DNA from: Fonticula alba ATCC 38817 | Lineage: Eukaryota > Protista > Nucleariida | Length of the DNA: 57,773 nt | Direction: 5' to 3' (one strand) | Assembly (NCBI GenBank): GCA_000388065.2 | Contig: KB932202.1 | Part shown: positions 33,336 to 46,836 of the stretch, in pieces | Layout: every line of letters starts with the position of its first letter | Numbering within the stretch: position 1 is the first letter of the stretch | Made by a program: the position numbers and the translations under genes | The notes under the pieces: generated by a model | Databases searched by the model: none | What the model was told of the DNA's origin: nothing | What the model saw: the letters and a program-made list of their open reading frames with translations, nothing else

Positions 33336-36300
33336 ATGAACATCGAGGGCCTCCACGCGCTGGAGAACCTGACCGCGCAGCTGTACTCCAGCCACTCGAA
33401 GGATGCGCGGGACTCGGCCGAGGCCATGCTCCGGCCCTTCTCGACGGAGATCGATCGCCTGGGCGACTGCAAGATGATCATCGAGCAGTCCCGGTCGCCA
33501 TACGCCCTGAAGTTCGCCCTTTCGTCGTGCGTGCCGCCGTCTCCCCGCCGTCTCCCCGCCGTCTCCCCGCCGCTCGCTCCCCCCCCCCCCGGTCACGGTC
33601 CGCTGACCCGCTCGCCCGCCCGGCCGTCGGCCCGGCTGGTTGGCTGTCTGCCGGCCTGCCCTCTTGCCGCCCCTCCGCCTCCGCATGCGTTCACCGCTGC
33701 CCGACATCCCGCTGGTGTACCGGCGTGTGGTGGAAGNNNNNNNNNNNNNNNNNNNNNNNNNNNNNNNNNNNNNNNNNNNNNNNNNNNNNNNNNNNNNNNN
33801 NNNNNNNNNNNNNNNNNNNNNNNNNNNNNNNNNNNNNNNNNNNNNNNNNNNNNNNNNNNNNNNNNNNNNNNNNNNNNNNNNNNNNNNNNNNNNNNNNNNN
33901 NNNNNNNNNNNNNNNNNNNNNNNNNNNNNNNNNNNNNNNNNNNNNNNNNNNNNNNNNNNNNNNNNNNNNNNNNNNNNNNNNNNNNNNNNNNNNNNNNNNN
34001 NNNNNNNNNNNNNNNNNNNNNNNNNNNNNNNNNNNNNNNNNNNNNNNNNNNNNNNNNNNNNNNNNNNNNNNNNNNNNNNNNNNNNNNNNNNNNNNNNNNN
34101 NNNNNNNNNNNNNNNNNNNNNNNNNNNNNNNNNNNNNNNNNNNNNNNNNNNNNNNNNNNNNNNNNNNNNNNNNNNNNNNNNNNNNNNNNNNNNNNNNNNN
34201 NNNNNNNNNNNNNNNNNNNNNNNNNNNNNNNNCGCCTCTCCCCCTCTCAACCGCCGCATCTAGACCAATCCCCCCCTCATCCACCTGGGCCTGATTCTGC
34301 TCCAGTGCCTGGTCACCGAGATCGACCAGGCCTCGGGCATTTGGGTGCACTCGTCGCAGCACCGGAAGCTGGCGTCCATCTTCCGTGACAACCAACTGCT
34401 CCACATCTTCGAGCACTCGCTCAAGCTGCTGATGTCCTTCCTGAAGATGAAGCCCGACGAGCTGGGTATGTTTGTGACGAGCTCCCCCCCCCCCTCTCGC
34501 CTCCCCTCACCCCGGGTTTCCTCCTTTCCCCGCGACCGTCCCCCATTCGCCTGGTCCCGCCCCGCCTGACACGCCCTTTCCCGATGCCCCCGCCCCTTCC
34601 TCCCCTTGTTTGCGGTTCCCCGGCGCCCCTTTGCAGGCATGGACGGTCCGCGCGTCATTGAGAGTCTCTTCGTGCTGATCCGGTCATGCTTGTCCTTCGA
34701 CTTCGTTGGCGCCTCGTCCCAAGAGGAGGGCTCCGAAGATGCGGCCACCATCCAGGTGCCGGACAGCTGGCGCGCCGCTCTGAAGTCCCCGCCGGATGAG
34801 CCCGGCCCCGCCGAGGCCCTCTTCAAGTCGGTCACCTACTTTGGCCAGGACCTGGCGGCGCTGGTACGCCCGCACATACACACACACGCGCGCGCGCGCG
34901 CGTGCCCCCCCCCTCCCTTTCATCAGGTCTCCGTCGAGCCGCTAACCGATCCCGCCTCCTCTTGCCCCCCCCCTCCCCTCCCCGACGCCCCGACGCCCCG
35001 ACGCCCCTCCCCTGGGCACAGCCCATGGAGTGCCTGGTCCTGGTGTGCTCCTTCCGGCGGTCTTTCTTCCCGGCCGCGGCCGACCGGCTAAACTTCCTCA
35101 ACAAGCTGGTCACCGGGTCGAACAACCTGCTGAAGGATGGGTCCTTCCTGTCGAAGGAGGATGCCTACCACGAGTTTTGCCGGTTCCTCTCGCGGCTGAA
35201 GTTCTACTACCAATTGTCGGAGGTGACCGCCACGACGGACTACTTCGACTGGATCAACTCGGTGTACAACTTCACCCTGCAGGCCCTGCAATCGTGGCAC
35301 TGGTCGCCCAACAGCCTGCAGTATATCCTCTCCTTCTGGGACCGGATCTTCCAGTGGGCCTTCCTGCACCTGGACATGGCCATCTCGCAGCAGATCTCCA
35401 ACTTCGCGGCCTCCATCTGCCGGACCTACATCAAGACCCGGCTGGCCAGTGTGACCATCAGCTCCGGCGGGCCCGGGCCCGGGGATGCCAATGGCCCGGG
35501 CACCGGCGCGACCGGCAGCCCCGGCGATGACAACCCCCTGGACGAGGAGGAGCTCCTGCTCGGGGAGCTGGACCTCCTGTCCTCGGCCCTGCGTTGCCAT
35601 TACGAGACCACGGCGCTGGAAATCACCAAAATGATCGACCAGCTGACCATGAACTACCAGTCGATGCTGGCCATGGGCCAGACCGCCGACCGGGCCGTCA
35701 CCGAGGCACACCTGGCCTGGCTGGTGTACATCGCCGGGCGGTGCATCGCCGGGCGCAGCATCTTCAAGCCCACCGACGAGCATGACCGCCTGGATGGCAG
35801 CCTGGTGTGCTCGGTGCTGCGTCTGAGTGGCGTCCATGATAATTGGATTTCCAGCCCGGCGGCCCCGCCTCCCGAGCGGCTGTCCTTGCAATTTGCCATC
35901 CATGCATTTGTCCTGCAATTCAAGAAGACCTACCTCTCGCCGCAGACGTCGCACACGGCCCCGGCCCCGGTGTTCGGCCCGCTGGCCCAGCACTTTGCCA
36001 TTGCCAACATCGACGGGGCCCTGGATTACATTGTCAACATGCTGGTCCGGTGGCTGCTCATCTGGCCGAACCAGCCGCAGGTCATTGCCCGCACGGTGAC
36101 CGAGCTCAACACCCTGACCTTGAGCTACTCCCTGGTCCGGGTGTTTTCCCGCCTGCCCGTGGCCTCCAAGCTGCTGCAGAACTTCTCGCCCAAGGAATTC
36201 CCCTTCATGCAGCACCAGGCCAATTGGAAGATGCGGGTGTGCTTCGTGCAGAGCCTCACCCGGCTGCTGCTGGCCGCCGGCGATTCCGAGGATGCCTTCG

Positions 36301-38653
36301 ATGCCTTTGTCTCGTCGCTGGATGAGCGCTTGCGCCAGCTGATCCACGCCTCGGCCAGTGGGTCGCTGGTCGGCATGGAGATCGAGGCGGAGCTGATCTT
36401 CCGGGATCTGCGTGGCATTGTGACCGCCTGCCAGACCAAGCGCCACTACCAGATTTTCTTCAACTGGTTGTACGTGTCCTGCCAGGGGGGGGAGTATGCA
36501 TGCCGCTGGCTGGGCGCCATCATCACACCGGGCACGTCCTTTGTTTTTTTGTTTGTTGTGTCCCTGCCTGACTCCTTCGCCCTCTCTCTCTCTCTCTCTC
36601 TCTCCCGCGTCTGTGTGCACACACACACACACACGCACACGCACACGCCCTGTCCTTCTCGCCGGCCTAGCTTTGAGTCCTACTTTTCCATCATCCCGGC
36701 CTGCCTGGCGGCCTTCTCCCCTCGGTCCTCGGTCTCGGTGGCCGGGCTGAAGTTCGTGGCGGATTTGGCCCACAACAAGAGCCAGCGTTTGGTTTTCGAG
36801 ACCTCCTCGGCGGATGGGATCCGCCTCTTCCGCGGGGTGGCGGCCGCGGTGACGGCCTTCGGCGAGCGGCTGCTCAACTCCCTGCCCCCCGGTGCGTCTG
36901 GTGTTGGCGCCGGCGGGGCATTGCTCGATTCGGCCAATGCCCCGGGCTCCGGGTCCAAGCTGTCTTCGGCCACGTCCAGTCCCTTTGTGGAGGCTGGCGC
37001 CGCCGGCAACGGCACCGCGGCGGCCATCGCCGCCGGCGACTCGGCCCAGTTCAAGGCCATGCTGGCCTGCTTCAATGCCCTTTACCGGGCCCTGAGCGGG
37101 CTTTACGTCTGCTTCGGGGTCTTCGCCCTGTATGGGGATGCCTCGCTGAAGAATGCCCTGTCCATGTTTGTTCGCCTCTGCCTGTCGGTACCGCTGCGAG
37201 ATATGATGGTGCGTTGGCGGGCCGAATCCCTGACTGGCCTTCGCCGCAGGGGCCGAGGCTCCTCTTCGACCTCCCCCCCTCCCCGCACACACACACACAC
37301 ACAGAGACACACGCCACCGGCTTTCGCCAACTCTCTAACCAACTCTCCGCTCCCCCACCAACAGAACCTGCCCAAGTTGACGATCGCCTATTGCGAGTTG
37401 ACGCAGCATGTCCTCTCGACGGATCACCTTCTGGCCATGCCAGACATCCCCCTGCAGGCCTTCGTCTACATGCTGGCATCCTTCAGCGTCGGGTCCAAGT
37501 CTCTCGGTACGCATCACCTTGGCTGTGGCGGGGTTTGCCCGTGTCTGTGTGGCCGTGCCCGTGCCCGTGCTTCCGCCCATGTGCATGGCCGTGCCCGTGC
37601 CCGTGCCTGTAACTGCATTTCTCCGGCCCTGTAGGCGTATGTGTGCGGCCCTCGCCCCTGGGATTGCGTCCCACCCCCCCCCCCCTCCCCACCGCCCCTT
37701 GCACAGGCTCCAAGCCCTCGACTCTGTCGTGTGCAAACCTCGACAGCATCAGCCGCTTCATCTGGGACGAGCTCTACTCGCCGCTGGTCATCCGCCGCCG
37801 AGTGAAGCAGCTGGCCGCGCAGAAGCAGCTCCCCGCCTCCTCGCCCAGCACCATGCTCAGCCTCCGGTCGCAGCTGGCCATGCCGGTCGCCGGCGCCGAT
37901 CTAACCTCCCTCCCGCCGGACCCGACGCTTCATCCATTCATCCGGTGCGCCCCCTTGGCCGGCTTTCGCCTGCGGCTAGTTCCCTTCTCTTCCTCCTCCT
38001 CCTCCTCTTCTTCTTCTTCTTTCTTTTTCGCCTTCCCCCCTCCGCCCTGTGCTTCCCCCCTCCCCCCTCTTTTCAGCTTGCCCCCATGGACCTGACACCC
38101 GATCATCATCTCTCTCCTCTTCCCCCCCCCCCCCCCCACCCCCCCACCCCCCCGCGCCCGCCGCCATTGCCGCCGACGCGGCTCTTCGTTTTGTCCCCGC
38201 TCCTCTCTCCTCCGGACAATCGGCAGCTTCCCCCCCCCCCTGTCCCCCTCCGTGCCATCCCCCGCCCGAAGCTTCTCCACCGAGCGTCCGGAACTCCTGC
38301 AGTACATCATCGTCCAGCTGCTGCAGACCCTCATCTTCCAGGACTCGCACATTTTCTGGTCCCTGTCGCGGCCACTCCTGCCGCTGGTCCTGCTGTACGA
38401 GAAGTTCTTCTCCGATCTGACGCAGGAGCTCATCGAGTACCAGACCCCGGCCCTGCAGCCGACCCTCAAGGAGGCCTTCGATTGCCTGATGAATGGCGTC
38501 GAGCGGTCGCTCAGCGTCAAGAACCGCGATCGCTTCGTCCACAACATCCTCCTCTTCCGCCGGCTCATCTCGGCCTCCTCTTCGCAGCTGGTTCCGAGCG
38601 AGCGCTTCCAGGCCATCCTCAACAATCCACCCTGGGCGGAGCTCCTCGGTTGA
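33336..38653 (+). CDS. XPO7: Exportin-7 / RanBP17 family karyopherin
   Basis: MNIEGLHALENLTAQLYSS...AEAMLRPF...CKMIIEQSRSPY; HRKLASIFRDNQLLHIF; CLSFDFVGASSQEEGSEDAATIQVPDSWR; YHEFCRFLSRLKFYYQLSE; IFRDLRGI; HNKSQRLVFETSSADGIRLFR; LSGLYVCFGVFALYGD; WSLSRPLLPL; FDCLMNGVERSLSVKNRDRFVHNI. Confidence 0.95.
33737..34232. other. Assembly gap (N run) that probably hides XPO7 coding sequence
   Basis: N run. Roughly 50 aa expected between ...DIPLVYRRVVE and TNPPLIHLGLILLQ... are not visible. Confidence 0.9.
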
Positions 38654-38724
38654 GGGGAAAGTTCGGCAGAGGCCCCGGTCCACGCCCACTCACCCCCCTT
38701 TCTTTTTACTGCCCCCCCCCTCTT

Positions 38725-38763
<39 letters not shown>

Positions 38764-39424
38764 CCCCGCCCGGCGTTCTTCGACACGAGCCACTCCTTCG
38801 CCCGATGGGCGGCGGCGGCGGCGGCGGCGGGACGGGAGCAGCCCCACAGGCTGCCCTCTTACGTCTGCCCCGTTCCACTCCCCCCTCCCCCATGTCTCAC
38901 GCCTTGCGCCTCCACCTACACATGTCCTTGTTGCCCACCCTCCCGACACTGGCCGCCCGCTTGACTGGCGGACAGGCGAGAGAGAATACACTTCCCCCCC
39001 CCCCTGTCCCCGCCTGCCTGCCTGCCTGCCTGGGGATACTTCCCCGTGTGCCGTGTTTGCCGTCTCGGGGCCCAAGTGCCAACGAATGCGTCGCCCGCTC
39101 CGCAGCCTGCCCAGACATAGCCCCCAACCGGCCGGCGAGCGCGTTCCCCGGGCGTGCATCCGGGAGGGAGAGAACACCGGGGGGGCTGCTCTGCGGGCCG
39201 CACTATATTTGGGCGGCGTCGTGGAGCCGAAGCGTCGGAGAGCACGGCGCATTCCCCTCCCCCCTCCCGCCTCCTCCTGGCTGTTCCCATCGGCCGGCCC
39301 CCGGCCCTGTCCCCTCGCCTCCTCTTACCTCATCGCGCATTGCCTCCTGTACACGCACACGCACACACACACACATACGCATATTCATCCCTCGAGCCAG
39401 CTGCCCCAGCTGCACCGCTCAACC

Positions 39425-41344
39425 ATGATAGACCGGCGCCCGCACCAGCAGCCCTCCCTGCTGCCGGTGCCACTGCCCCGACGCCTGGCAGTCCACCCCA
39501 CATGGGAATCGGCCCGCGGCGGGCGCCTGGCCGCCATCATGCGCTCCAACACCGAGGCCACAGACATCGAACTGCGCGAGATCTACCTGGATGCCGGCTT
39601 CCCAGGTGCCGAGGTCCCGCCCGAGCCCCGGTCGCAGACTGTCTGCTCATTCACGGTGCTCGGAGAAAACAACGTGCGTCAAGCCCGCCACTCCCCCCTC
39701 TGCCCCTTCGCCAGCCGGCCACCCCCGCAACCCATGCGATGGCGCCTGCCTGTCCCTTGCCTGTGTCCCNNNNNNNNNNNNNNNNNNNNNNNNNNNNNNN
39801 NNNNNNNNNNNNNNNNNNNNNNNNNNNNNNNNNNNNNNNNNNNNNNNNNNNNNNNNNNNNNNNNNNNNNNNNNNNNNNNNNNNNNNNNNNNNNNNNNNNN
39901 NNNNNNNNNNNNNNNNNNNNNNNNNNNGGAGCCACCACTATGATGGAAATACCTTCCTTGCCACCGGGTCATCCAGCGCCATTAGCGTGTTGCAAATCAC
40001 CACCAGCTCCGATGGCGTGGCCCACCCCGAAGACATGATCCACCTGAATCTCCCGCCGGTCGGCTTGGCCCGGTCCTGCCTGGCCCTGGCCTTCAACCCC
40101 TTCTATCGGCACATCCTGGCCAGTGGGTGCGCGCATGGGGCCTTCCTCTTGCTGTTCCCGCCCTGGCCGAGTCTCACGCCATTTTGCCTCGTCTCTGCCG
40201 GCTCGCCGGGTGCCCTCCATCTTGACATCCGCCCAGGGTCGATGGGTTTCGCAATCACTCGACCGTGCATTTGTGGGACATGGAGACCGTGATGCCGCTG
40301 CCAAAGGCCCGTCCTGGCCCGATGGCTTCCTGGGCGGGGCCCCATGCCGGCCATGCCTCCGGTGGCCTGGCCTCGGCCCCGGCCTCTGGGGTCCACCACT
40401 CGGCTGGGGCTGGGGCTGCCGGCCCCGGCCCGATGGCCGGCCTTCCGGTGTATGACCGCACCGAGTCCATGGCCTGGCTGGACCGGGATACCTTGGTGGC
40501 CGGGGCCGCCGGGCGCATCTTGCGCCTGTTTGACCTGCGCCTGGCGGCCAGCGGCCAGCCAGTGGCCGGCGCATGCCGCACGGCCGCCACACTGGGCATC
40601 TCGGTCGACCCGCACGGGGCCGGCCATCGATTTGTGTCTCTGGCCCCGCCGGCCGCCAGCCGATCGGCCCTCGGCGACTCCGGTGCCCGGAATGAGGCCC
40701 TCTGGTCGGCTTGCTTTTGGGACAGGAGGCGCTTCGACCAGCCGGTGCTGGTGACGGCAATCGCCGGGCCCGAGCGCCTGGCCCCCTGGGGCGATGATGG
40801 CACGCTGGACCCGCCGGCCGCCGGGGCTGAGGCCATTGGCTCCGGCGGGTCTGCGGTCCTCGATGACCACGATCAAACCATGGACCCCGGCTCTTCGCGC
40901 TTTTGGACCGGTGACAACCTGCACCTCAAGCAGGCCATCCTACCGGCCCCGGTGCCGGTCCACACGGCCTGGCACACCTCGAGGCCGGGCTTGCTGGCCG
41001 TCGTGCCGCCCAGCCTGCCGCCATGGAACTCGCGCGGCCTGCCAGCGGCCGGGGTGCGCACCGGTGGCCCCTCCACCGGCGGGCCGCACGATGCCCTCCA
41101 CCGGTCGCAAATGGCGGCCGATACCCCACCGGAGCTCCGGTGCTGGTTCCTCCACACGGCCCCGGCCGATCCCTATGGCATCGACCCGGCGCTGGCCGAT
41201 GCGTCTGGCCCCGATGAGCACCCCGATGATGTCGGCCTCCTGCGCGTGTCCTCCGGTATGGGCCCCTCCCCTGAGCCTCTCTTTGCCCCTCTGCCCGTGC
41301 CTGTGCTTTTGCTTGTCCCCGGGCCCTGGCACCCTGCCCGGCAT

Positions 41345-41378
<34 letters not shown>

Positions 41379-41712
41379 CTGCTCAGCTGTCGCCCCCCGG
41401 CTTCTGATGTGCGATGTGGCCAGTGCATCGGTGGCCGCACCCGCCAATGCCACCGTAGCCGGGGCGTCTGGCCACCTTGCGTCGATCGCACCGCCGCGGC
41501 TCGGTGACATTGTGTGTGTTGCGTCGATTCCACAATTGCCCGATGGCTTCCTGGTCCTGGACTCGGCTAGCAACCTGGGAACAATGACCGTATGTCCGAG
41601 GCTCCCGCCCCCCCCCCCCCCCCTGCCCTTTTCTCTTTCCTCATTTTCCACCCTTTCCATGGGGGACATTGCTTTGGCCCTTCCCTCCTGCCCACGGTTT
41701 CTCTTCCTCGCC

Positions 41713-41744
<32 letters not shown>

Positions 41745-44700
41745 ACACACATGGCCTCCCCCTTGCTCATCTGCCTGCCCGCCATCTGGCTTGCTCCCGA
41801 ACAATGGGCCCACCCTGACGCAAATGTCTCCCTGGCAGCTTCCGACCAGTCGTACGTTGGCCATTTCTCCGGCCGACGAGCTGGCGGTCAACCTGGCCTC
41901 GGCGTTTTCCTCTCGGGCGACGCTGCCAGCTGTCGGACCAACTGGCGCGATGTCCGTCACTTCGGAGCTTCGCCTGGCCCTGCTCCAATCCTTCCAGCCA
42001 TCGAATGACTCCAGCGTGGGTGTCCAGTCGTTGGTGGCCCGCATGCGTGCCGGCTATACGGTTGATGTGCGGTCATGCTGGCCGTCGCCGCTCGCTGCCT
42101 CTCGACCCTCACTGACCCTGCTCTTTGTTGGCTCTTTGCCCTTCCCCTGCCTACCCCCTCCTCTCTCCCTCTCCCCCTCTTGGACCCCAATTATTAGCCT
42201 CTGCTCAACAGCTCCCTCACACAACTCCCGCCAGGACTGCGAGCCGTCTGGCATGACCTAGCCTGCTCCATCCGCACCGGCTTGGTCATGCTGTCGTATG
42301 TCTTCTTCCAGCCCGTGCGCCTGGGCGTGGCGCCGGCCACAACATCGGCCACTGGCGGCTCGGCAGCCGCCCCGGCCGCCTTGGCAACGGCCTCCGGCGC
42401 GACTCCCACCCCTTCGGGCGGGTCGTCCGCTTCTTCGGCATCCTCCTCGGTGTCTTCCTCCTCCTCGGTGTCCTCCATGTCGCCCCATCCGTCGCAGGTG
42501 ACCCTGAACAGCTTGCAGCCGCCGCCCCTGTCCGCCGGAGCTGGGGAGGCCCCTGCCCCGGGGGGGATGGTGGCCGATTTGGCCGGCGGCGTGTCGCCCA
42601 CCGGCATGGGCGGGGCTTCCGGCGACGCCGCCTCTCCTCGGCTGCTGTACTTCCTCCGGAATGTCCTCGGCCTGCCGGGCGTGTCGACCATCATCTCGCT
42701 CGAGGCTGACATCCGCCGAGGTCGCGCGATGGAGACCCCCTGGGAGGAGGCGTCCTGGTGCGACTGGCCTCCCAGCAGCTCGGCTGGCCGGCTGCCCGGA
42801 GACATGGCGCCCAATCCCGCGTACGATCGCCTGCTGGACCGATCGGCCTTCCTCGGTCGGCGGAGCCTGGCTCCCTGCCTTCGGGCTGCTGGGCTGACCC
42901 GGCTCCGGTGTCTGGCCCTGAACCTGTGCGGCTGGCCGACGGACCTTCCGCCCGAGCTGATCCATTGGCTCGGGTCGCGGGCCTTCGATTCCGGCACGGG
43001 GCAGCCCCTTTGGTCAAGTGCACCCGAGCGCCGGGCCGAGCACCTGGACCGCCTGTTTGACTTGGCCCCCTTGGCTCCGGCGACGGCCGAGCAGACTCAA
43101 AGCTTCCTCCTGGTACTGGAGCACGCCCTGCGACGGTGCGTCTCGCCTCCCGACACGAATGCCCATCCACACATGTCCTCGCACGGGCCAATGCCTATTT
43201 GCTCCCCCATCTGCCTGGGGGATCACGCGCGGATGACCCGGAATATGTCCAGTTTGATAACGGATTGTCCCTCCTTCTTCCTCTTGCTATCTTTCTCTTT
43301 TTCTCTCCCTCTCCCTCTCCCTCTCCCTCCATCACTCCATCACTCCCTCTCCTTCCATCGCTCCCTCCCGCCGCAGGCTGGAGGATAACGGCGAGTTTGA
43401 GCGCGCCGCCGCCCTGGCCGTCTTCCACAATCAGTTCCCCCGTGCCGCCCTGTCCCTCGAGCGCCATGGCAGTGCGTTGCCCGCCCCGCCTCTGTCTCGC
43501 CTGCGTCTCCGGCCACCTCCTTTCCCTGAACGCCTGCCTGCTCCATTGCCGCCATATCTCACACGCCGCCCTTGCCCTCGAGACAGGCCTGCGCAACCGG
43601 CTCCTGTCGTCGGCTCTACGGTCGCACCATGCCCTGATGTCGGTCCTGCCGGTGCCCCTTTGTCTCTCCGACAGTCCGCTCTACACGTTCATCGTGGACC
43701 TGGCCGGCTCGCCGGCCGACTTGCCCCGGGCGAATGTGACCAGCCAGCCGGATGCCCCGGACCCCGAGCAACAGCCCTGCCCGGTGGGCGATCCCGAGCA
43801 TGCCGACTATGTCCGGGGGTTGTTGAAATTCGTTCAACTTCAGAGCGCCGTCACCGAGCTGACCGGGCTCGATGAGGCTTCTTCCACCGCCGGGGCAGCC
43901 CCAGCTGCGGCGGGCACCGACGATGACACCCCGGTTCTCTCGCCAACGGACGCCTATGTGCTGCACTTCCTGCGCGAATGCCAGCTCCTGGCCCTGCCGC
44001 TGGCCGATCGCATCGGGCTTGGCCTGCATCATCTGTCGGATTCGGCCCTCGGCCTTTGGCTGGCCACCCTGGAGGAAGAGTGCCTGGCCACTGGGCGCCT
44101 GGAGGCGCTGCTTCTCTGCGGCCTTGGCTCCTCGACACAGCCTCTCGCCAGTGCGTCACTCTCCCCTGCCGGCGCCCAGCGTCCGCCAGGGCCATGTTCC
44201 TCCCTTGTTGCCCCCCTCTCTCTCGCTCTCTCTCTCTCTCGCTCTCTCTCTCTCGCTCTTTTGCGCCTGTTCCCCCTTGTCCTGACCCTTTTCCGTCTTA
44301 CTTCCACACGCCTGCCCCCATGAAACCATGCCCACGCACACACATCACATCGCCTCGAATCGTCTCGCATCGCCTCGCACCTTTGGCACTGACTCGGCCT
44401 CCACTTGCCCATAGCCTATTTGAATGCCACCGGTGACATCCAAACCACGGCCATGCTGTCGGCACTGCCTCTGATCACGAACTTCCTCTCGGCCTTGGCC
44501 CACTCGAATCCAGTCTGCTCGTTGGCTGCGTCGCCCTTCCTCAGTGACCAGGCCGGTGGGGCGCTTTACCCTCCAAGCGCCGCTGGCCCGGCCCGGTCGC
44601 CGCCCGTCGGCCCCGGAGCCGCGCATGGGCCCAAGTCTGCGGCTGCTGCGGCGGCTCTGGCCGCTGCCGCCGCCGTGGGCCCCGGCGGCCCGGGCGCCCT

Positions 44701-46412
44701 CCTGCCCGCCTTTGTGGGCAATTCCAATCCCGCGTTGCGAGCCATGATGTCCCGCCCGGCGCTGGAGGATGTCTTTCCGGAGTTGGATGTCAGCCGCGTG
44801 CCGGGGCTGGCATTCCCCGGCTTCCGGGGCCGGCTACATGCGGACCTGGTGGCCAACCACCGGAATGCCCACCAGTTCCAAGTCTGGATTGACCGGTGGC
44901 GCGACCTGCTTGACCGACTGGCCCTCTGGGAGGATCGCGCCCTGTTCGACGGCCTGCTGAAGCAACTGTGCGTCCATCCACACAACCGCGAGACATGCAT
45001 GCCACCGAGGCTCGCACATGCTCGCGCCCGGTGTGCATTGTCCCCGCCGCCGCCCCTCTGACGCTGACCTGCTGCTCCATCCTCTCTCTCTCTCTCCTCC
45101 TCCTCCTCCTCCTCCTCCCGCTTCGCACGCCGGCGCCCTTCTCGGCGCTGAATCCGACGAAATGCCGCACTCGGCCCCAAAGCTACCCCTTCTTCGATTC
45201 GATCCCCCGGCCGTTGCAGCTTCGGTGCAACTTTTGCAGTCAATCCGTCTGCCCGCCGGTCTTGTCCCAGGGGATGGCCCCGCTTCCGATCAACTGGCAG
45301 CTGAGCTTCGAACGGACCCATGCCATGCCGACCGCCAGTGCATATGCCGGGCCGCAGTTGGTGTCGCCGCGCGGTGGCACCGGCGGGCACTTCAACCCCG
45401 ACGTCACGCAGGCCATCAAGTTCGCCGAGCAAAAGACCGCCGGCGGCAGCGCGGCCCACCACCGGTCGCCCCTTGGGCACCTTTCCGTCGACGAAACCAC
45501 CTTTGCCCAGGATGCCCGGCCCTTCACGTACACGGTACGCGGCCCACCCTTGCCGCTGTGCTCCGCCCTCTCCCCCATTGCCGTCCTCCTCTTCCGGGGT
45601 GGATAGTGTCTGTCCTGCTTTTCCCCGTCAGCGCATCTGACCTGCTCCTGCCCACCCACCCTCCCTCGCCCACACGCACACACACACACACACACACACC
45701 ATCACCCTCACCTTCACCTGAGCCCAGTCCCGAGTATGCAACAACAGCTCCTGCAAGCAGGCCCTGGCACGGTGCTCCGTCTGCCTGCACCCGATGGGCG
45801 GCATGGTCAGCTCGGCCTGGGTGACACAGGCGCACCCGGCCGGACAATTGCCCGCCCTTTCCAGCTACCTGGCCGGGGCCAGCTCGCCACCCAGCCTGCA
45901 GGTGGCCCCGTCAGTGGATGGCGACTCCTCGGCCACAAGCAGCAGGGCCCCGGCCCGGCGCCGCTCCGGCCACCGTGACGCCTCCGGTACATTTCCTCGC
46001 CCCCCATTTATTTCCCCGACCCCGTCCCCATCCTGCCTCCCGAGCAACGCCCTTTGCCTGTCGCCGTGCCGTCTTCGCCATCACCCGCCGCTGCCTCCTT
46101 CTCCTCCCCCTCCTCCTCCTGACACCCACCCCTCATCCCTCGCCAGAAAACGCCTCCCTCAGTTCCGACACAGCGCCTCCCACCGAGACCGACGACACAG
46201 ATGCCCTCCCCTCGGCCGAGGAGGAGCACCTCAAACAGGTAAACCGCCTTGCCGAACGCCTGGTCCCGGCCCTGACGCCTCTCGACCAGTGGTTCACCTG
46301 GTGCCATGTTTGCCGGCACGGCGGCCACCATGCCCATCTGATGGAGTGGTTCTCGCGCAATGCCGAGTGCCCTGTGGCGGCTTGCCTCTGCCAATGTGCC
46401 AGCATCATGTGA
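39425..46412 (+). CDS. MIOS: GATOR2/SEACAT subunit MIOS (Mio/Sea4): WD40, alpha-solenoid, C-terminal zinc-binding/RING region
   Basis: WD region CLALAFNPF...VHLWDME...SMAWLDRDTLVAGAAGRILRLFDLR; GEFERAAALAVFH; LPLADRIGLG; AYLNATGDIQT; WIDRWRDLLDRLALWEDRALFD; LRCNFCSQSV; CKQALARCSVCL; diagnostic end WFTWCHVCRHGGHHAHLMEWFSRNAECPVAACLCQC. Confidence 0.94.
39770..39927. other. Assembly gap (N run) in MIOS
   Basis: N run. Confidence 1.
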
Positions 46413-46826
46413 CTCAATAAACATATGACACGGTGCTCCCCATCGCATTCTCCGCGCTAGACGCGCGCGCTTCGCCCTCGGGCTGGGCTTTTTCATCCTC
46501 ATCCTCCTGCTCTCGCCAGCTTCCTGCTTTCTCTCTCTCTCTCTCTCTCCGTCTCTCGCTGTCTGTACACGCGTCGTGCCGCCCACCAACATCCATTGCC
46601 TGGCGGGGGCGGTTTTTTTTTTTTTACCTCCGTCAGTCTCCGCGGCCCTGGGGCCCTCCCCTGGGGGGCGGGGGACGGGGGCTTGTGCTACTCGATCAAG
46701 ATCTTTAGCACGGACGCCGTTTCTGCTTTCCTTCGTTCTCTGCGTCTCTCGCTTTTACCTCGTCCCCCGATATGTTTCCATTCATTTCGTCCCCGCACGG
46801 ATTGAGGGACATGGCTGCGGCGTGTT

Positions 46827-46836
46827 GGTTCGATGC
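46827..46836 (+). promoter_or_regulatory. Orphan Pol III B-box-like element (GGTTCGATGC) about 270 bp upstream of the GTF3C2/TFC6 ATG
   Basis: Matches GGTTCGANNC with no surrounding tRNA fold. Function is inferred by analogy with yeast ETC6. Confidence 0.35.

Noticed and set aside
37628-37642. Possible 2-nt micro-exon (tag|gc|gtatgt) in an XPO7 intron
   Set aside because: The flanking exons already join in phase and with the expected residue count; inclusion would cause a frameshift.
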